64,000 nt of DNA from Octopus vulgaris (lineage: Eukaryota), in NCBI GenBank assembly GCA_951406725.2, contig OX597822.1, forward strand, positions 54,808,001 to 54,872,000, written 5' to 3'. The notes beneath the pieces were generated by a model. The model did not search any database. It was not told the origin of the DNA and was given only the letters and a program-made list of their open reading frames with translations. Of the stretch, positions 1-11,949 are shown piece by piece; position 1 is the stretch's first letter; the number at the start of each line of letters is the position of its first letter. A program made the position numbers and the translations under genes.

Positions 1-109
1 AAGTCAGCCCTAATTGAATACATTTATGAACAGAAACACTTCAGTCATGACTATCCAAAATTTTTTTTTTTTTTGGGGGGGGGTTTTAGGAATAATGTAT
101 TTAAGACTC

Positions 110-297
110 AAACAACCACAATTGCAGCACGGAAGATGTTTGTAAGCCATTAGTTTCACTTCAACATTTAAATTTCATTATTGTTAAAATATTTTTGCTG
201 CTTTGAAACCATGACCTGTTCACTGACAAAATTGCATGGTTTTTGTGTGTTCTTGAATGGCTTACAAACATCTTCTATGCTGCAATTGTTTTTGTTT
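110..297. mobile_element. MITE-like element with ~42-bp terminal inverted repeats
   Basis: 110-151 (aaacaaccacaattgcagcacggaagatgtttgtaagccatt) is the near-perfect reverse complement of 256-297. No coding capacity. Confidence 0.6.
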
Positions 298-633
298 CAG
301 CACATGATCCCAGATCAAGTCACTTGCTATGCAAGTACATCTCTGTATCTAAGACTGCTTTATGTAAAAATATGACCTTCCTTTTTAAAGAGTGAAGAAG
401 TGAGATTTGAGAAGATTTGGCTGCTATTTCTAGCAGATCATACAACCACATAGGGGCCACATTTCTGACGAATGATTAATTGTTATGTAATTTAATTTTT
501 TTTTTCATTATATAAAGTGTCCGATTGGGAAATCATAAGTTAAACATATTTTGATATTTCTTTATATAAAAAAAAAATGCATGTTATCTGGTGTATTATT
601 AACCTTTTACTGATTTCTGTTTTTATTTGACAG

Positions 634-780
634 AGTGATACAGAGAAACTTGAAGGATTACCTGTGACTAGTTTCATGGATAGAGACACACATGTGAAAT
701 CTAGATCTCAGGTCCACTTCATAGCCAATGTATTGATGCCTTTAGTCAAGGCCCTCTGTCAGTGCTTCCCCAAGGCAATG
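634..780 (+). CDS. PDE9: Penultimate coding exon of a PDE9-like cGMP-specific 3',5'-cyclic nucleotide phosphodiesterase (catalytic domain C-terminal part)
   Basis: Acceptor ttttatttgacag at 633 and donor gtatgt at 781, both phase 0. Translation SDTEKLEGLPVTSFMDRDTHVKSRSQVHFIANVLMPLVKALCQCFPKAM aligns without gaps to the PDE9A segment [46 protein letters not shown] (from recall), keeping the invariant Gln and clamp Phe. Upstream exons lie outside the window. Confidence 0.9.
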
Positions 781-879
781 GTATGTTCACAGATTTTGTT
801 CTCCTGTCAATATGCAGCTCATTTTATTTTCCTTACAGTTTGGCTGATCTGTTTGTAGTTTCTCAGTGTTATATCAGGC

Positions 880-1200
880 TGAGATGATCATTCTCATTGT
901 CACCAGCATCAACACCACCATCATTATCATTATCATTACTACCGTCATAATCGTCACCATCAACACCACCACCCTCATAACCATCACTGTCATCATCATC
1001 ACCTTTATTGTCATCATCATCATCATCATCATTGTCATTATCGTTATCATCAATATTATCAAAATCATCACTGTCATCATCATCATCATCACCACTATTA
1101 TCATTGTCAACATCAGCATTCTTACCATCATTACCATCATTTTTCATCATCATCACCATTATTATCATATCATCATCATCACCACCATTGTTACCATCAC
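880..1200. repeat. Degenerate (CAT/CAC)n trinucleotide repeat
   Basis: Directly visible. It explains the poly-I/poly-D/poly-M/poly-S ORFs at 866-1402. Confidence 0.95.
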
Positions 1201-1888
1201 CTTACTTTTCCATGCTTGCATGCATCATACAGAATTTGTTAAGGCAGATTTCCTACAACCAGATGCCCTCCCTATCACCAAACCTCACCTGTTTCCAAGT
1301 GAGGTGATGTCTTCCCCCCCCCCATTGCCTGACATGTTTTCACAGAATATTGGAAACAGAGTATACCACTTGCCTGACTGTGACACTCATTTACAACTAT
1401 GACCCAAAGTCAAAGCAGGAAGCCAGTGACACACACACATGTATACTTATAGGAAGCATGCATTATACATTGGATAACAAAACTGATTGGATGGTCACCA
1501 ATGGAATGTTTGATCATAGGTTTAGTTGATAAGAGTTGACTACTATATCATCTTTAGATTGATGTTCTGTTATGTAACATGTTGTCACACTTAGATGTCT
1601 GTTTCATAATATAATAACCCAAATAATAAGTTTCAATTTAATGGGTATAATTTATTAAAGATTTATGTATACTTTTATTTTTTTATTCAGTCATTTTTAT
1701 TCAGTCGTTTGACTGTGGCCATGCTGGAGCATGTCTTGAAGTGTTTTTGTCAAGCAATTCCATCCCAAGACTTATTCTATCAATCTCTTTGCCAAATTAC
1801 TAAGTTATGGGGACGTAAAACACTGTCGGTTGTCAAGCAGTGATGGGTGGGGGGACAAACACAGAGACACACACACACACACATATAA

Positions 1889-2022
1889 GGCACAGAAGTG
1901 GCTGTGTGGTAAGAAGCTTGTTTCCCAACCACATGGTTCTGTGTGGCACCTTGGGCAAGTGTCTATTATAGCCTCGGGCTGACCAAAGCCTTGTGAGAGG
2001 ATTTGGTACAAGGAAAATTGAA

Positions 2023-2086
<64 letters not shown>

Positions 2087-2293
2087 TTGTTTGTGTCTGT
2101 GTTTGTCCCCCACCATCACTTGACAACTGATGTTGGTGTATTTACGTCCCTGTCACTTTACAGTTCAGCAAAAGTGACGAATAGAATAAGTACTAGGCTT
2201 ACAAAGAATAAGTCCTGGGGTTGATTTGTTTGATTAAAGGTGATGCTCCAGCATGGCTACAGTCAAATGACTGAAACAAGTAGAAGAGTAAAA
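1889..2293 (+). mobile_element. tRNA-derived SINE, family A (internal TA/TG microsatellite), near full length
   Basis: Head ggcacagaagtggctgtgtggtaag, internal (TA)n(TG)n, tail ctgaaacaagtagaagagtaa. More than 12 homologous copies or fragments in the window. Confidence 0.85.
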
Positions 2294-2704
2294 GTATATA
2301 TATATATATATACACATATAGGTGTAAAATGGTTGAATGTAGATTTGTCCTTTAATTTAGAGTTTTCGAAAAAAAAGATTTCTAATATTGATTCTTCATA
2401 TTTTGCTGGTAGTATACAATCGTAAATTTGCAAATGTGAAAATAATACTTGTATATGATGTGTGGTGAGTTTGTGGAAGGAAATCCAATAAAACTCATGA
2501 ATTTAGTTAAAAATGAGGAAGATGAGCTGTTAAAATATATAAGAGGATTTTAAAATCCTCTTATATATTATAACAACTTGTCTTCTCCATTTTGAACTAA
2601 ATTGATGAGTTTTATGGGATTTCTTTCCATAAATTCACCACACATCGTGTGTGTGTATATATATGTATAAGATATATGTATATATATAAAATATATGTAT
2701 ATAT

Positions 2705-3195
2705 CATCATCATCATCATCATCGTTTAGCGTCCGTTTTCCATGCTAGCATGGGTTGGACGGGTCAACTGGGGTCTGTGAAGCTGGAAGGCTTCGTCAGG
2801 CCCAGTCAGATCTGGCAGTGTTTCTACGGCTGGATGCCCTTCCTAACGCCAACCACTCCGCGAGTGTAGTGGGTGTTTTTTACGTGCCACCTGCACAGGT
2901 GCCAGACAGAGCTGGCGAACGGCCACGAACGGATGATGCTTTTACGTGTCACCGGCACTGGGCCAGGCGATGCTGGCAGCGGACACGAACGGATGGTGCT
3001 TTTACGTGCCACCGACACGGGGCCAGACAGAGCTGGCAACCGGCCACGAACGGATGGTGCTTTTACGTGTCACCGGCACGGGGGCCAGCCGAGGCTGGCA
3101 ACGGACGCGAACGGATGGTGCTTTTACGTGCCACCGACACGGTTGCCAGACAGAGCTGGCAAACGGCCACGAGCGGATGGTGCTTTTACGTGTCA
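2705..3195 (-). mobile_element. SINE family C with (TGA)n tail and internal ~60-bp tandem subrepeats
   Basis: (cat)n-cgtttagcgtccgttttccatgctagcatgggttggacgg end shared with 4638-4985, 23910-24140 and 41040-41365. The motif cggatggtgcttttacgtg recurs about every 60 bp. Confidence 0.8.
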
Positions 3196-3604
3196 TATAT
3201 ATATATATAACAAAGTGGAGTTGTAGGGTACCGCGTGAGTGGAATTATATACGAAAGAAGGTTTGAAAATGCAATTTTAAAAGATGTTTATTTACTTTAC
3301 CGGTTTCACTCTTTGGAAAAAGATTGTCAAAAGTAACATGTAAAAGTTTGGTTGTGTTAACTATTGGTTGTTACAAAATGCTACATTACATATATAGTAT
3401 TTGGTAACAAGAACATGTTAAGGACATAAGAAAGTTTAACAAGTTCCTTAAAATATTGGGCACAAAAGATTACAACATAAATATACATTCTCAAGAAAAT
3501 GTTAAAGATAGTTTCCAGAAGGAAACCAAACTTTTACGTTACTTTTGACGAGTGAAACTGGTAAAGTAAATAAACATCTTTTAAAATTGCATTTTCAAAC
3601 CTTC

Positions 3605-3647
<43 letters not shown>

Positions 3648-3654
3648 CTATTAT

Positions 3655-3972
3655 GCTTTTGTTTGTTTCAGTCATTTGACTGTGGCCATGCTGGAGCATC
3701 GCCTTTTTAGTACTTATTCTATCGGTCTCTTTTACCAAATCGCTAAGTAATGGGGATGTAACCACACCAACATTGGTTGTCAAACAATAGTGGGGGGACA
3801 AACACGCACACATCTATATATACAACAAGCTTCTTTCAGTTTCCAGCTACCAAATTCACTCACAAGGTTTTGGTCAGCCCGAGGGTATAGTAGGAGACAC
3901 TTGCCCAAGGTACCACGCAGTGGAACTGAACCTGGAACCATGCTGCTTACCACACGGCCATTCCTGCGCCTA
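3655..3972 (-). mobile_element. tRNA-derived SINE, family A
   Basis: Reverse-complement homology to 1889-2293. Confidence 0.8.
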
Positions 3973-3977
3973 ATATA

Positions 3978-4010
<33 letters not shown>

Positions 4011-4637
4011 TTATATACACATATACATACTATTAAAAGTGAAGTTCAATCTTGCTTGCTTGCAATGTTACACAGCCAAACTAGCGCATAATGGGAAAAT
4101 ACTCAGAAAATAACTTCACCCTGAAAGGGAAGAAACTCTAACCTTTCCATTAGATACATTATGATTGGCGAGAAATAGCAGCCAATTTTTCCTTTTCTGG
4201 GGAAAGGTACTATTTATGTGTGATTTTGATGTCACATTTGTTGAATATGATGGGCAAAATATTTTAAAGTGAAAATGACTTTAAAATTATTGTAAATATT
4301 TTGTAACCTCAGTGTGAAAAAGTTTTTTTTCCAGGGGTTTCTTTTGAGTGCATTCAACATATCTCACCTTTAAAAATTTGGCTGCTATTTCTAGCACGCC
4401 CTGCTACCACGTAACAGCTATTTGCAATAAAGGACCCAAAATACCTGTTATGTGGTAGCAGGGTGTGCAATAAATAGCAGCTAAATCTTTTCTTTTGTGC
4501 CATTTACGCATGATTTTGATGTCACATTCATTGAAAGCATGCTAAATAACATGGAAAAGAAAAAGAAACCCACAAAACAAAACTCTGTTGCTGGGAAACT
4601 CAGACTTTCCCAGTGACCCAACACATCAAGTAGTCTA

Positions 4638-4985
4638 GTATATATATATATATATATGTCTGGCCCCGTGTCGGTGGCACGTAAAAGCACCATCCGTTCG
4701 TGTCCGTTGCCAGCCTCGCCTGGCCCCCGTGCCGGTGACACGTAAAAGCACCATCCGTTCGTGGCCGTTTGCCAGCTCTGTCTGGCACCTGTGCAGGTGG
4801 TACGTAAAAAGCACTCACTACACTCACAGAGTGGTTGGCGTTAGGAAGGTCATCCAGCCATAGAAACACTGCCAGATCTGACTGGGCCTGACGAAGCCTT
4901 CCAGCTTCACAGACCCCAGTTGAACCGTCCAACCCATGCTAGCATGGAAAGCGGACGCTAAATGATGATGATGATGATGATGATA
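4638..4985 (+). mobile_element. SINE family C, inverted relative to 2705-3195
   Basis: Near-identical reverse complement of the 2705-3195 copy, ending in (tga)n. Confidence 0.8.
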
Positions 4986-6931
4986 TATATATCATCATCA
5001 TCGTTTAACGTCCGCTTTCCATGCTAGCATGGGTTACACACACACACTCACGACAAGGTGCTTTCAGTTTCTGTTTGCCAAATCTACTCACAAGGCTTTG
5101 GTCAGCCTGAAGCTATAGTAAAAGACATTTGCCCAAGGTGCCACACAGTGGGACTGAACCTGGAACCATGTGGTTAGGAAGCAAGCTTCTTACCACACAA
5201 CCATGCCTATTTATTCATTTATTTATAATTTAATTTGGAAATTAATGACCAGGAATCAGTATTTTATATATATATGTGATAACACTTATGTGTAATCTTC
5301 TACAGGTAAAATTCGGCTACAGTAGATGAAAACAACCAAAATACATGCCAGTACTCATTACATTGTATCTGTAAATTTCTTCAAAAATCCATTTTTTATG
5401 ACTTACATTGGTCTAACTGCATTTTGCCAAAACCTCTAGCTTCTAAGAGGATTGAGTGATTTATATAGAGAATGCACTACATCACTTTAAGAATTAAAAT
5501 GTTGAATCCTTTAATATGGGGATTTGATGCTTTTAATGCTCTTATTCAGTCTCTTACAATAGCATAGTCCTTGAAATGAAATGCTGGCAGCCACTGAGAA
5601 GGTTGGGCCACACACACACTGGATGGGTGAGGCTAGGATTCCAGATGTAGTACTGAGATGGACTCTGCCTGGATGGTGAAAGTCATGATGGTCAAATGAC
5701 ATCTGATGTACAACAGCTGAATGTGAGCTGAGAGATATGGATTTTATTATATAGGACAAGGTTCAGAGAAATACCAAAAACTAATTTGAATGGCATCAAA
5801 GCATTAACCCATTAGAATTTAAACCAGCCATATCTTACCAAAATAGTCAACTTATTTTAAGTTCAAACTGACCAGATCCAGCCTTTTACACCTATCCTAC
5901 AATGTCATTCTTAAAGTAACATTCACATCATCCAAGTCGCAAGATTAATTCAAAACATCATCATCATCATTTAATATCCATTGTCCATGCTGGCGTGGGT
6001 TGGACGGTTTGACCAAAGCTGGGGAGCTGCACCAGACACCAGTCTGATTTGGCATGGTTTCTGTGGATGGATGCCCTTCCTAGTGCCAACCACTTTACAG
6101 AATGTGCTGGGTGCTTTTACACAGCACTGCACAGGCACTTTTATGTGACTCCACATGGGCACTTTTACATGATACTGCATGGACACTTTTATGTGGAACC
6201 GCATGGATGCTTGTATGTGACACTGCCGTGAGTGCTTTACACCACCAAAAGGATCGCTCTTAACATTTCTGCTGCAGAGTACTGGTCTTTTTGAGTGTGG
6301 CAAGGCACCAGGCATCTGAGTCCATTGTCATCTCACCTGAAATGTTCAGTGTCCTGAGGTCATTCTTCGGTACTTCATCCATGTCTTCCTAGGTCTCCCA
6401 TTTCCACAAGATCCATCCACTTTGAGAAATCAGCAAGCAATACATTTGATAAAGAAACCTGAATGCTAAAGGGTCAAAGCTTTCTTTCCCAGTTGGTAAG
6501 AAGTGGATAAAAATAATGTTACAGACAAGTTCTACTTGTGAAATAAACATTCTTAAGTAAAGGTTCCTTTCATGTAGTCATTCAGTCTGGTAACATAACA
6601 GCCTAATCTTCCCTCAAATTACACTCTACCATCTTGAAAAAAGCTAGGATACATTGAATATTGTTGTACTTGGTAGACTGTGCAGATATAAAACAGGATG
6701 GTCAAAGCTAAGTCTTTTATCGTATCTGGGGTTAAACATCAATGATTGTGCTCTTGAGCGTAACCCAAAGTCCTAGTTTCTCTATGTACTTCATGGCACC
6801 TGATGACAAATGGAGATTAAATTGTTGGAAGTATCTTTTATAAAACAAATATAAATTAGAAAAATTAACAGGTCAACAATTTTTCCACAAACTGAAATAA
6901 GCTTGTTTGTTTGTTTGTTTGTATGTATGTA

Positions 6932-6962
<31 letters not shown>

Positions 6963-7680
6963 ATGCATGCATGTGAGTGTGTGTGTCTGTAAGTTTGTAT
7001 CTTCCTTGTCTTCACATTTCTCTACTGGTTGTAAACAAAAGGCTCATTCATATGGTGTTGTTTGTTTCCAGTTTACCACATAATCATGTCCTGGACTATT
7101 TGTTTGTTCAATAGATTGGGAGATTAATAGCTTGTTTGGGAACAGGTTGAGGTTTGGTGTTAAGCCCCCATGACGATGGCAGTAATGGTAAATACTTGAG
7201 ATTTGAACTTGGCACTTAGGTTTGATAAAATACTTATTAAAGCGATGCCACTGCATTTAGCATTGGTGGTTGTGTTTGTCGAGCACCTAACATAAGGACA
7301 GGAAGAAATAATGAAGTGTTGATCTCTTATTTGAGCTCTAAGGTGTCTGCATGTGGTTGTTGAAGTTGCTAGAGATAGCATCAAAGTGTCTCACCAAATC
7401 ACATTGGAAAATGTAGTCCTAGAAAGAAGGAAAGCTGGTTATGGCTTGAATATCTTTTGATCATGATTGTATTCCATTGTAGCTGACTTGGTGCTAAGCA
7501 ACAACAGTTGTCAACAGTGTCTGTATCAATGTAAGAACCATTATTATTGTTGAAGACTAGTGCTCAGTTCTTTAAACCACCAAACTATACACAAATTTTC
7601 AGTCAATTTCCATACATTTAACATTTTGTCTTCATATAAATTTTAACATTTTTTTTCCTCTTTCTCTTCATTTCTTTCAG

Positions 7681-7785
7681 AACTTATTAGCACCAGCTGA
7701 ATCAGCTCTGAGTTATTATGAAAACCAGTTTCAAGAATATGAACAAAATATGAAAAAGAATCCAACCAAGAAGACTCAGTCTTGA
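7681..7785 (+). CDS. PDE9: Terminal coding exon of the PDE9-like phosphodiesterase
   Basis: Strong polypyrimidine acceptor (tttctcttcatttctttcag) ending at 7680. Phase-0 reading NLLAPAESALSYYENQFQEYEQNMKKNPTKKTQS*, with TGA at 7783-7785. Matches the last PDE helix (PDE9A IMLQPLWESRDRYEEL) and is in frame with exon 634-780. Confidence 0.85.
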   Translation, partial: NLLAPAESALSYYENQFQEYEQNMKKNPTKKTQS

Positions 7786-8510
7786 AAGTTCAAGTACATT
7801 GCCAAGGAAAACAATGGAATGGAACATATTTCAAACAAAGAACCAAGAGCTTGATTTTATCCTTCCAACATCTGCTCTCAGTTTCTTGTAGTTTTCACCA
7901 AGAACTGATTGACTAGATGTGCTCAGACTGAGAGACGAGATCTCTACCATGTATTAGGAATGGTGAGCAGAAATCTCAGCACTCTGAGAGACAGTTGTCC
8001 TAAATATCAACGGTTGCCTGTAATATACGACAGTCAAAAACGTAAAGTTGTAAACAATCCCTTCTTATCTTGTATAACCATTTGTAAAAAACAGAAAAAC
8101 AAACAAACAAAGCTATGATCACTTCTCATCTCCATATTTGATTGATATGTTACTTGTATCTGTAGAAAGCCACATCTGTACACATAGGTTTTTGCATTTA
8201 CTAGTTGTATTAGTGTTAGCAGATTTAATACAGGAGGTATTAAAAAGCTAACTAGAAACGATTATGTGTTGACGAAAAAACAATATTAGTCAAGGACTAA
8301 TATTATTTTAATTCTTTCTGCAAGTATGAGAATTTTGCATTTACTAGTTGACATTTCATAGACAAATTGATGTCTTTTAGCGTATTTATTCATATTTTTC
8401 TTTGTTTTTAATCAGTTTAATCAAACTTTTAACTTATTGTTTCCCATTTCAATTTTTGTTGTTTTTTTTAAATGATAACTTTTATGAGTAATAAATGTCA
8501 AGTTGTTGAC
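7786..8510 (+). other. Probable 3' UTR of the PDE9-like gene, with candidate poly(A) signal
   Basis: Repeat-free AU-rich sequence after the stop codon. AATAAA at 8490-8495 is followed by GT-rich sequence. The true 3' end cannot be fixed from sequence alone. Confidence 0.45.
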
Positions 8511-9399
8511 TTCTGAGAATGAATCAACAGCTCTAATTGACAGGTCGTATATCCGACTACCAATAATTCCAGAGGTTCTATCTGAGATGTAGAAAGCATG
8601 TAAAGTACAATGGTGTAGTTGTGATATCTTGCCTCACTTTACTAGATGGAATAAAAGGTCATGCGCTTATGAGTTCAAACCTTGATCTAAACATTGTCAC
8701 TGTTTGGCACTTTGCTGAAAATAGATGTTGTTCTGACCTTGAGGTTTTCATTGAACTTAGTTTTTCTGCATTGAGTCCTGTACTCCAACAATTCTTGTGC
8801 AAAGTCTAACTATTCAGAATCATCTGACCATTCTAACATAGTAAAACAAGCTTTGTGTATGTATACACATATACATATATACATTTGAATATTATCGTTT
8901 TATGTCCAATTTTCTTGCTAGCATGGGTTAGATGGTTTGCTCCGATTTCTTTGGCTGGATGTCCTTCCTTAGTGAGAGATAGTAGGGAATGTTGAGTAGA
9001 TGTAGATACATGAATGGATAAAGTGGTATATGAAAGAAAGTTAAGATGGAAATGGATGATAGGAAGGGAGCAGAAGAGCTGTAAGGAGGAGAGATAAGAT
9101 GATGATGAGGGGCCAGGTTTTTACCCTAATGGCTGCATGTCCAAGAGAACATGGTGACTGGAAAATCAGGGAGGGTGGGTAAAAGTTGCCAGAATGTAAA
9201 CCCTCTTCATTCAAGAATCACGATTTGGGCAGAAGGAGGAGCAGCAAGATATAGATGGTGAAGGGAGATATTCAATATGTACAAACTGAGAACTTGCCTC
9301 TAAGTCATGTGTGTAATGACATGGTGAGTAGAGGTGATTAGGAGAAAAGCTGGATATGGGATGTGAGGGTATATAATGGGTGGAAATACATACACTAAG

Positions 9400-9720
9400 C
9401 TTGGGCAGAATATCAGGTTTTCTGCCACAGCATATATCAACCAGTCAACATGGTCTTCAGTCATCCCTTTCTTCATATGTAATATCTTGAGATCATTTTT
9501 CTCCACTTCATCCCAAATCTTTCTCAGTCCCCTTCCTTCACAGGTACCACCTACTTTGTGCACTTGACACTTACTTATGCAGCTGTTATCTTCCATTCAC
9601 ACCATAGTCTCATCTCTTGTTCACTCCAACTGATTCCTCTTATACTAAGTTTGTCTCTGTTAAGCTTTAGTGTTGATGCAATCGGTGTCAAAGTCATAGT
9701 ATTTGGAGGAGAACAGATGG
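9400..9720 (-). mobile_element. Degenerate RTE-clade LINE 3' fragment
   Basis: Minus-strand reading VGGTCEGRGLRKIWDEVEKNDLKILHMKKGMTEDHVDW resembles the RTE C-terminal GRGRPRKTW...DR..WR motif. A related fragment lies at ~6260-6430. Confidence 0.7.
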
Positions 9721-9865
9721 TTAGTATGTGATGTATTATTTAACATAAGGCATAAGTCAGAAAAGTTGCTAAAAGACTAGCCTTGCATGCTGGTAACACA
9801 TTTCATGGAAGGGGGTGACAAGCAAAACTCATTAAACCACAGTACAATTTCACTTTTATCAATAT

Positions 9866-10276
9866 TACTCTTTTACTTGTTTCAGTCATTTGACTGTGGC
9901 CATGCTGGAGCACTGCCTTTAGTCAAGCAAATCGACCCCAGGACTTATTCTTTGTAAGCCTAGTATTTATTCTATCGGTCTCTTTTGCCAAACTGCTAAG
10001 TTACGGGGACGTAAACACACCAGCATCGGTTGTCAAGCGATGTTGCGAGGACAAACACTGACATACAAACATATACACACACATACATACATATATATAT
10101 ACACATATATATGATTGGCTTCTTTCAGTTTCCATCTACTAAATCCACTCACAAGGCTTTGGTCGGCCCGAGGCTATAGTAGAAGACACTTGCCCAAGGT
10201 GCCATGCAGTGGGACTGAACCTGAAACTATGTAGTTGGAAAGCAAGCTACTTACCACACAGCCACTCCTACGCCTA
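9866..10276 (-). mobile_element. tRNA-derived SINE, family A, full length
   Basis: Complete head (ggcgtaggagtggctgtgtggtaag on minus) and tail, homologous to the other family A copies. Confidence 0.85.
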
Positions 10277-11949
10277 TATTAGGAAACATATTTGGTAGAA
10301 TCCTCCTTGATGGAATGGACACTAAAACTGAAGATGAGAGGTAGTTGGTTTGGTTTTAAATTTATTAGACACAATCAATGCCATTTCTTTTTCATTGTCA
10401 GGTGTTGCTTATCACCCTTTCTGCATTGCCAGTCATCACTTCCTCTCCTCTGAGTCACTTCTATTGACATTCATCTCTCATTCTTTCACCCTCCCCAACT
10501 CGTATTTACTATTTACCACCCACTCCCTCTCTTATTAACTATTCAATACATTCACTCCGGCCCCTTTTCCAAACAACTCTCATTTTCCCCAGCATTTCCT
10601 AATCTTCTGTGACCACACTCTCTTCTGGTCATCTTCCTGTACCTTGAAAATATGCTGACACCTCCTCACCACCATCTTTAACTTTTTTTCCAGCTCCACC
10701 CCATTAACTCCTACTTACCTATATATAATGTGGGATAGCTATGGATCTTCCCCACAACTACAAACCTGCTCCAATCCTTTCTACCATACAACTCCTCAGC
10801 ACCTCACATAAAGCCACCTCCTCCCTCCTTACTATTCTTCCCCTCAGTCAAAGGGTTCTTTAGTTTTGTGAATTACAAGGCAACCTCACTTGTGCTAGTA
10901 CTGTGAAAAAAAAAATTCCCAGTGGTTGGCATTAGGAAGGGCATCCAATATAAAAATACATGACAAACCTGAGACGCTGGAGTGAGACGTGGTTTTCTGA
11001 CCCAAAGAATCCTGTTGAACTCTCCAACCCATGCCAGCATGCAAAGTGAACATGAAATGATGATGACAACTGTAAAGCAAAAAAATATTCAGTTCCCTTT
11101 CACTTGGACTTCATCTTTTAACACAGTCTGATGGAAAGCTCTTTGAAAGATGAAGTCAACAGTAGGTATACAATGATATTGAGCTTGCTGTGGTCATGGT
11201 TGTTCAGTTGTGAATTGATTTCAAATACATTTAGCTCTAAGATAAAGTTGCTTGCTATTCCTGACTCTTTTTATTATTCTGGAATTTGTCATCAAACAGC
11301 TGAAAATGTGGATTAAAATCAAATAACATGGTAACCAAATCAAGGAAAAACTCTAAATCCATATTCAGGGGTAAGATTTACCATGTTAGTACAGTACAGT
11401 GCACAGTAGTGGAGTGACCAGGTGAGACCATCTGGTCATCTATAAAATCCTTGTCCTTTGCCAGATGATCGTTCCAATACATTTTATTTCAGATGCAGAA
11501 AATAAACATCAAACAACAACAACAACAAAAATTTCCAAAACCCTCTCCTCTTGTCAATTACAACTACTTAGTACTGCTACCATCAACAGGAATGGTATGT
11601 TTGGGGAGAATGTAGAGATCCTATAATTAAAAGATGTAGATGATGTATATGAGAAAGAGAGATATGGGAAACAGTCAAACTCTTCAAAGAAATACAAATA
11701 CAAACTTTCTGGGAAGGGATCAGCATTAGAGTTTTTGAAACAGACATATTACTGACAGCAAAATGGACTGATAAAGAAGGCCAAAACGTTATTAGGATAT
11801 ATAACTTTAAATTTATACCAGCCATAGGTGACATTACAGCAACTGTAATCTGTGCACTTGCATTTTAGTTAAGACTGACTTGAAAAAAAAGGATTGTTTT
11901 TAATAATCTTTCTTATAGACAACTTCAGATGACAATGATCTCAGAATTA

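Noticed and set aside
866-1402. 178-aa and overlapping ORFs rich in I/T/H, D or M
   Set aside because: Translations of a (CAT)n microsatellite inside the PDE9 intron.
2870-3195. CRISPR-like periodic repeat (cggatggtgcttttacgtg every ~60 bp)
   Set aside because: The intervening sequences are near-identical alternating units rather than unique spacers, the array lies inside a eukaryotic SINE, and there are no cas genes.
5306-5329. Possible alternative PDE9 terminal exon (ctacag|VKFGYSR*)
   Set aside because: Weak polypyrimidine tract, would remove the last catalytic helix, and has no homology support. Needs RNA evidence.
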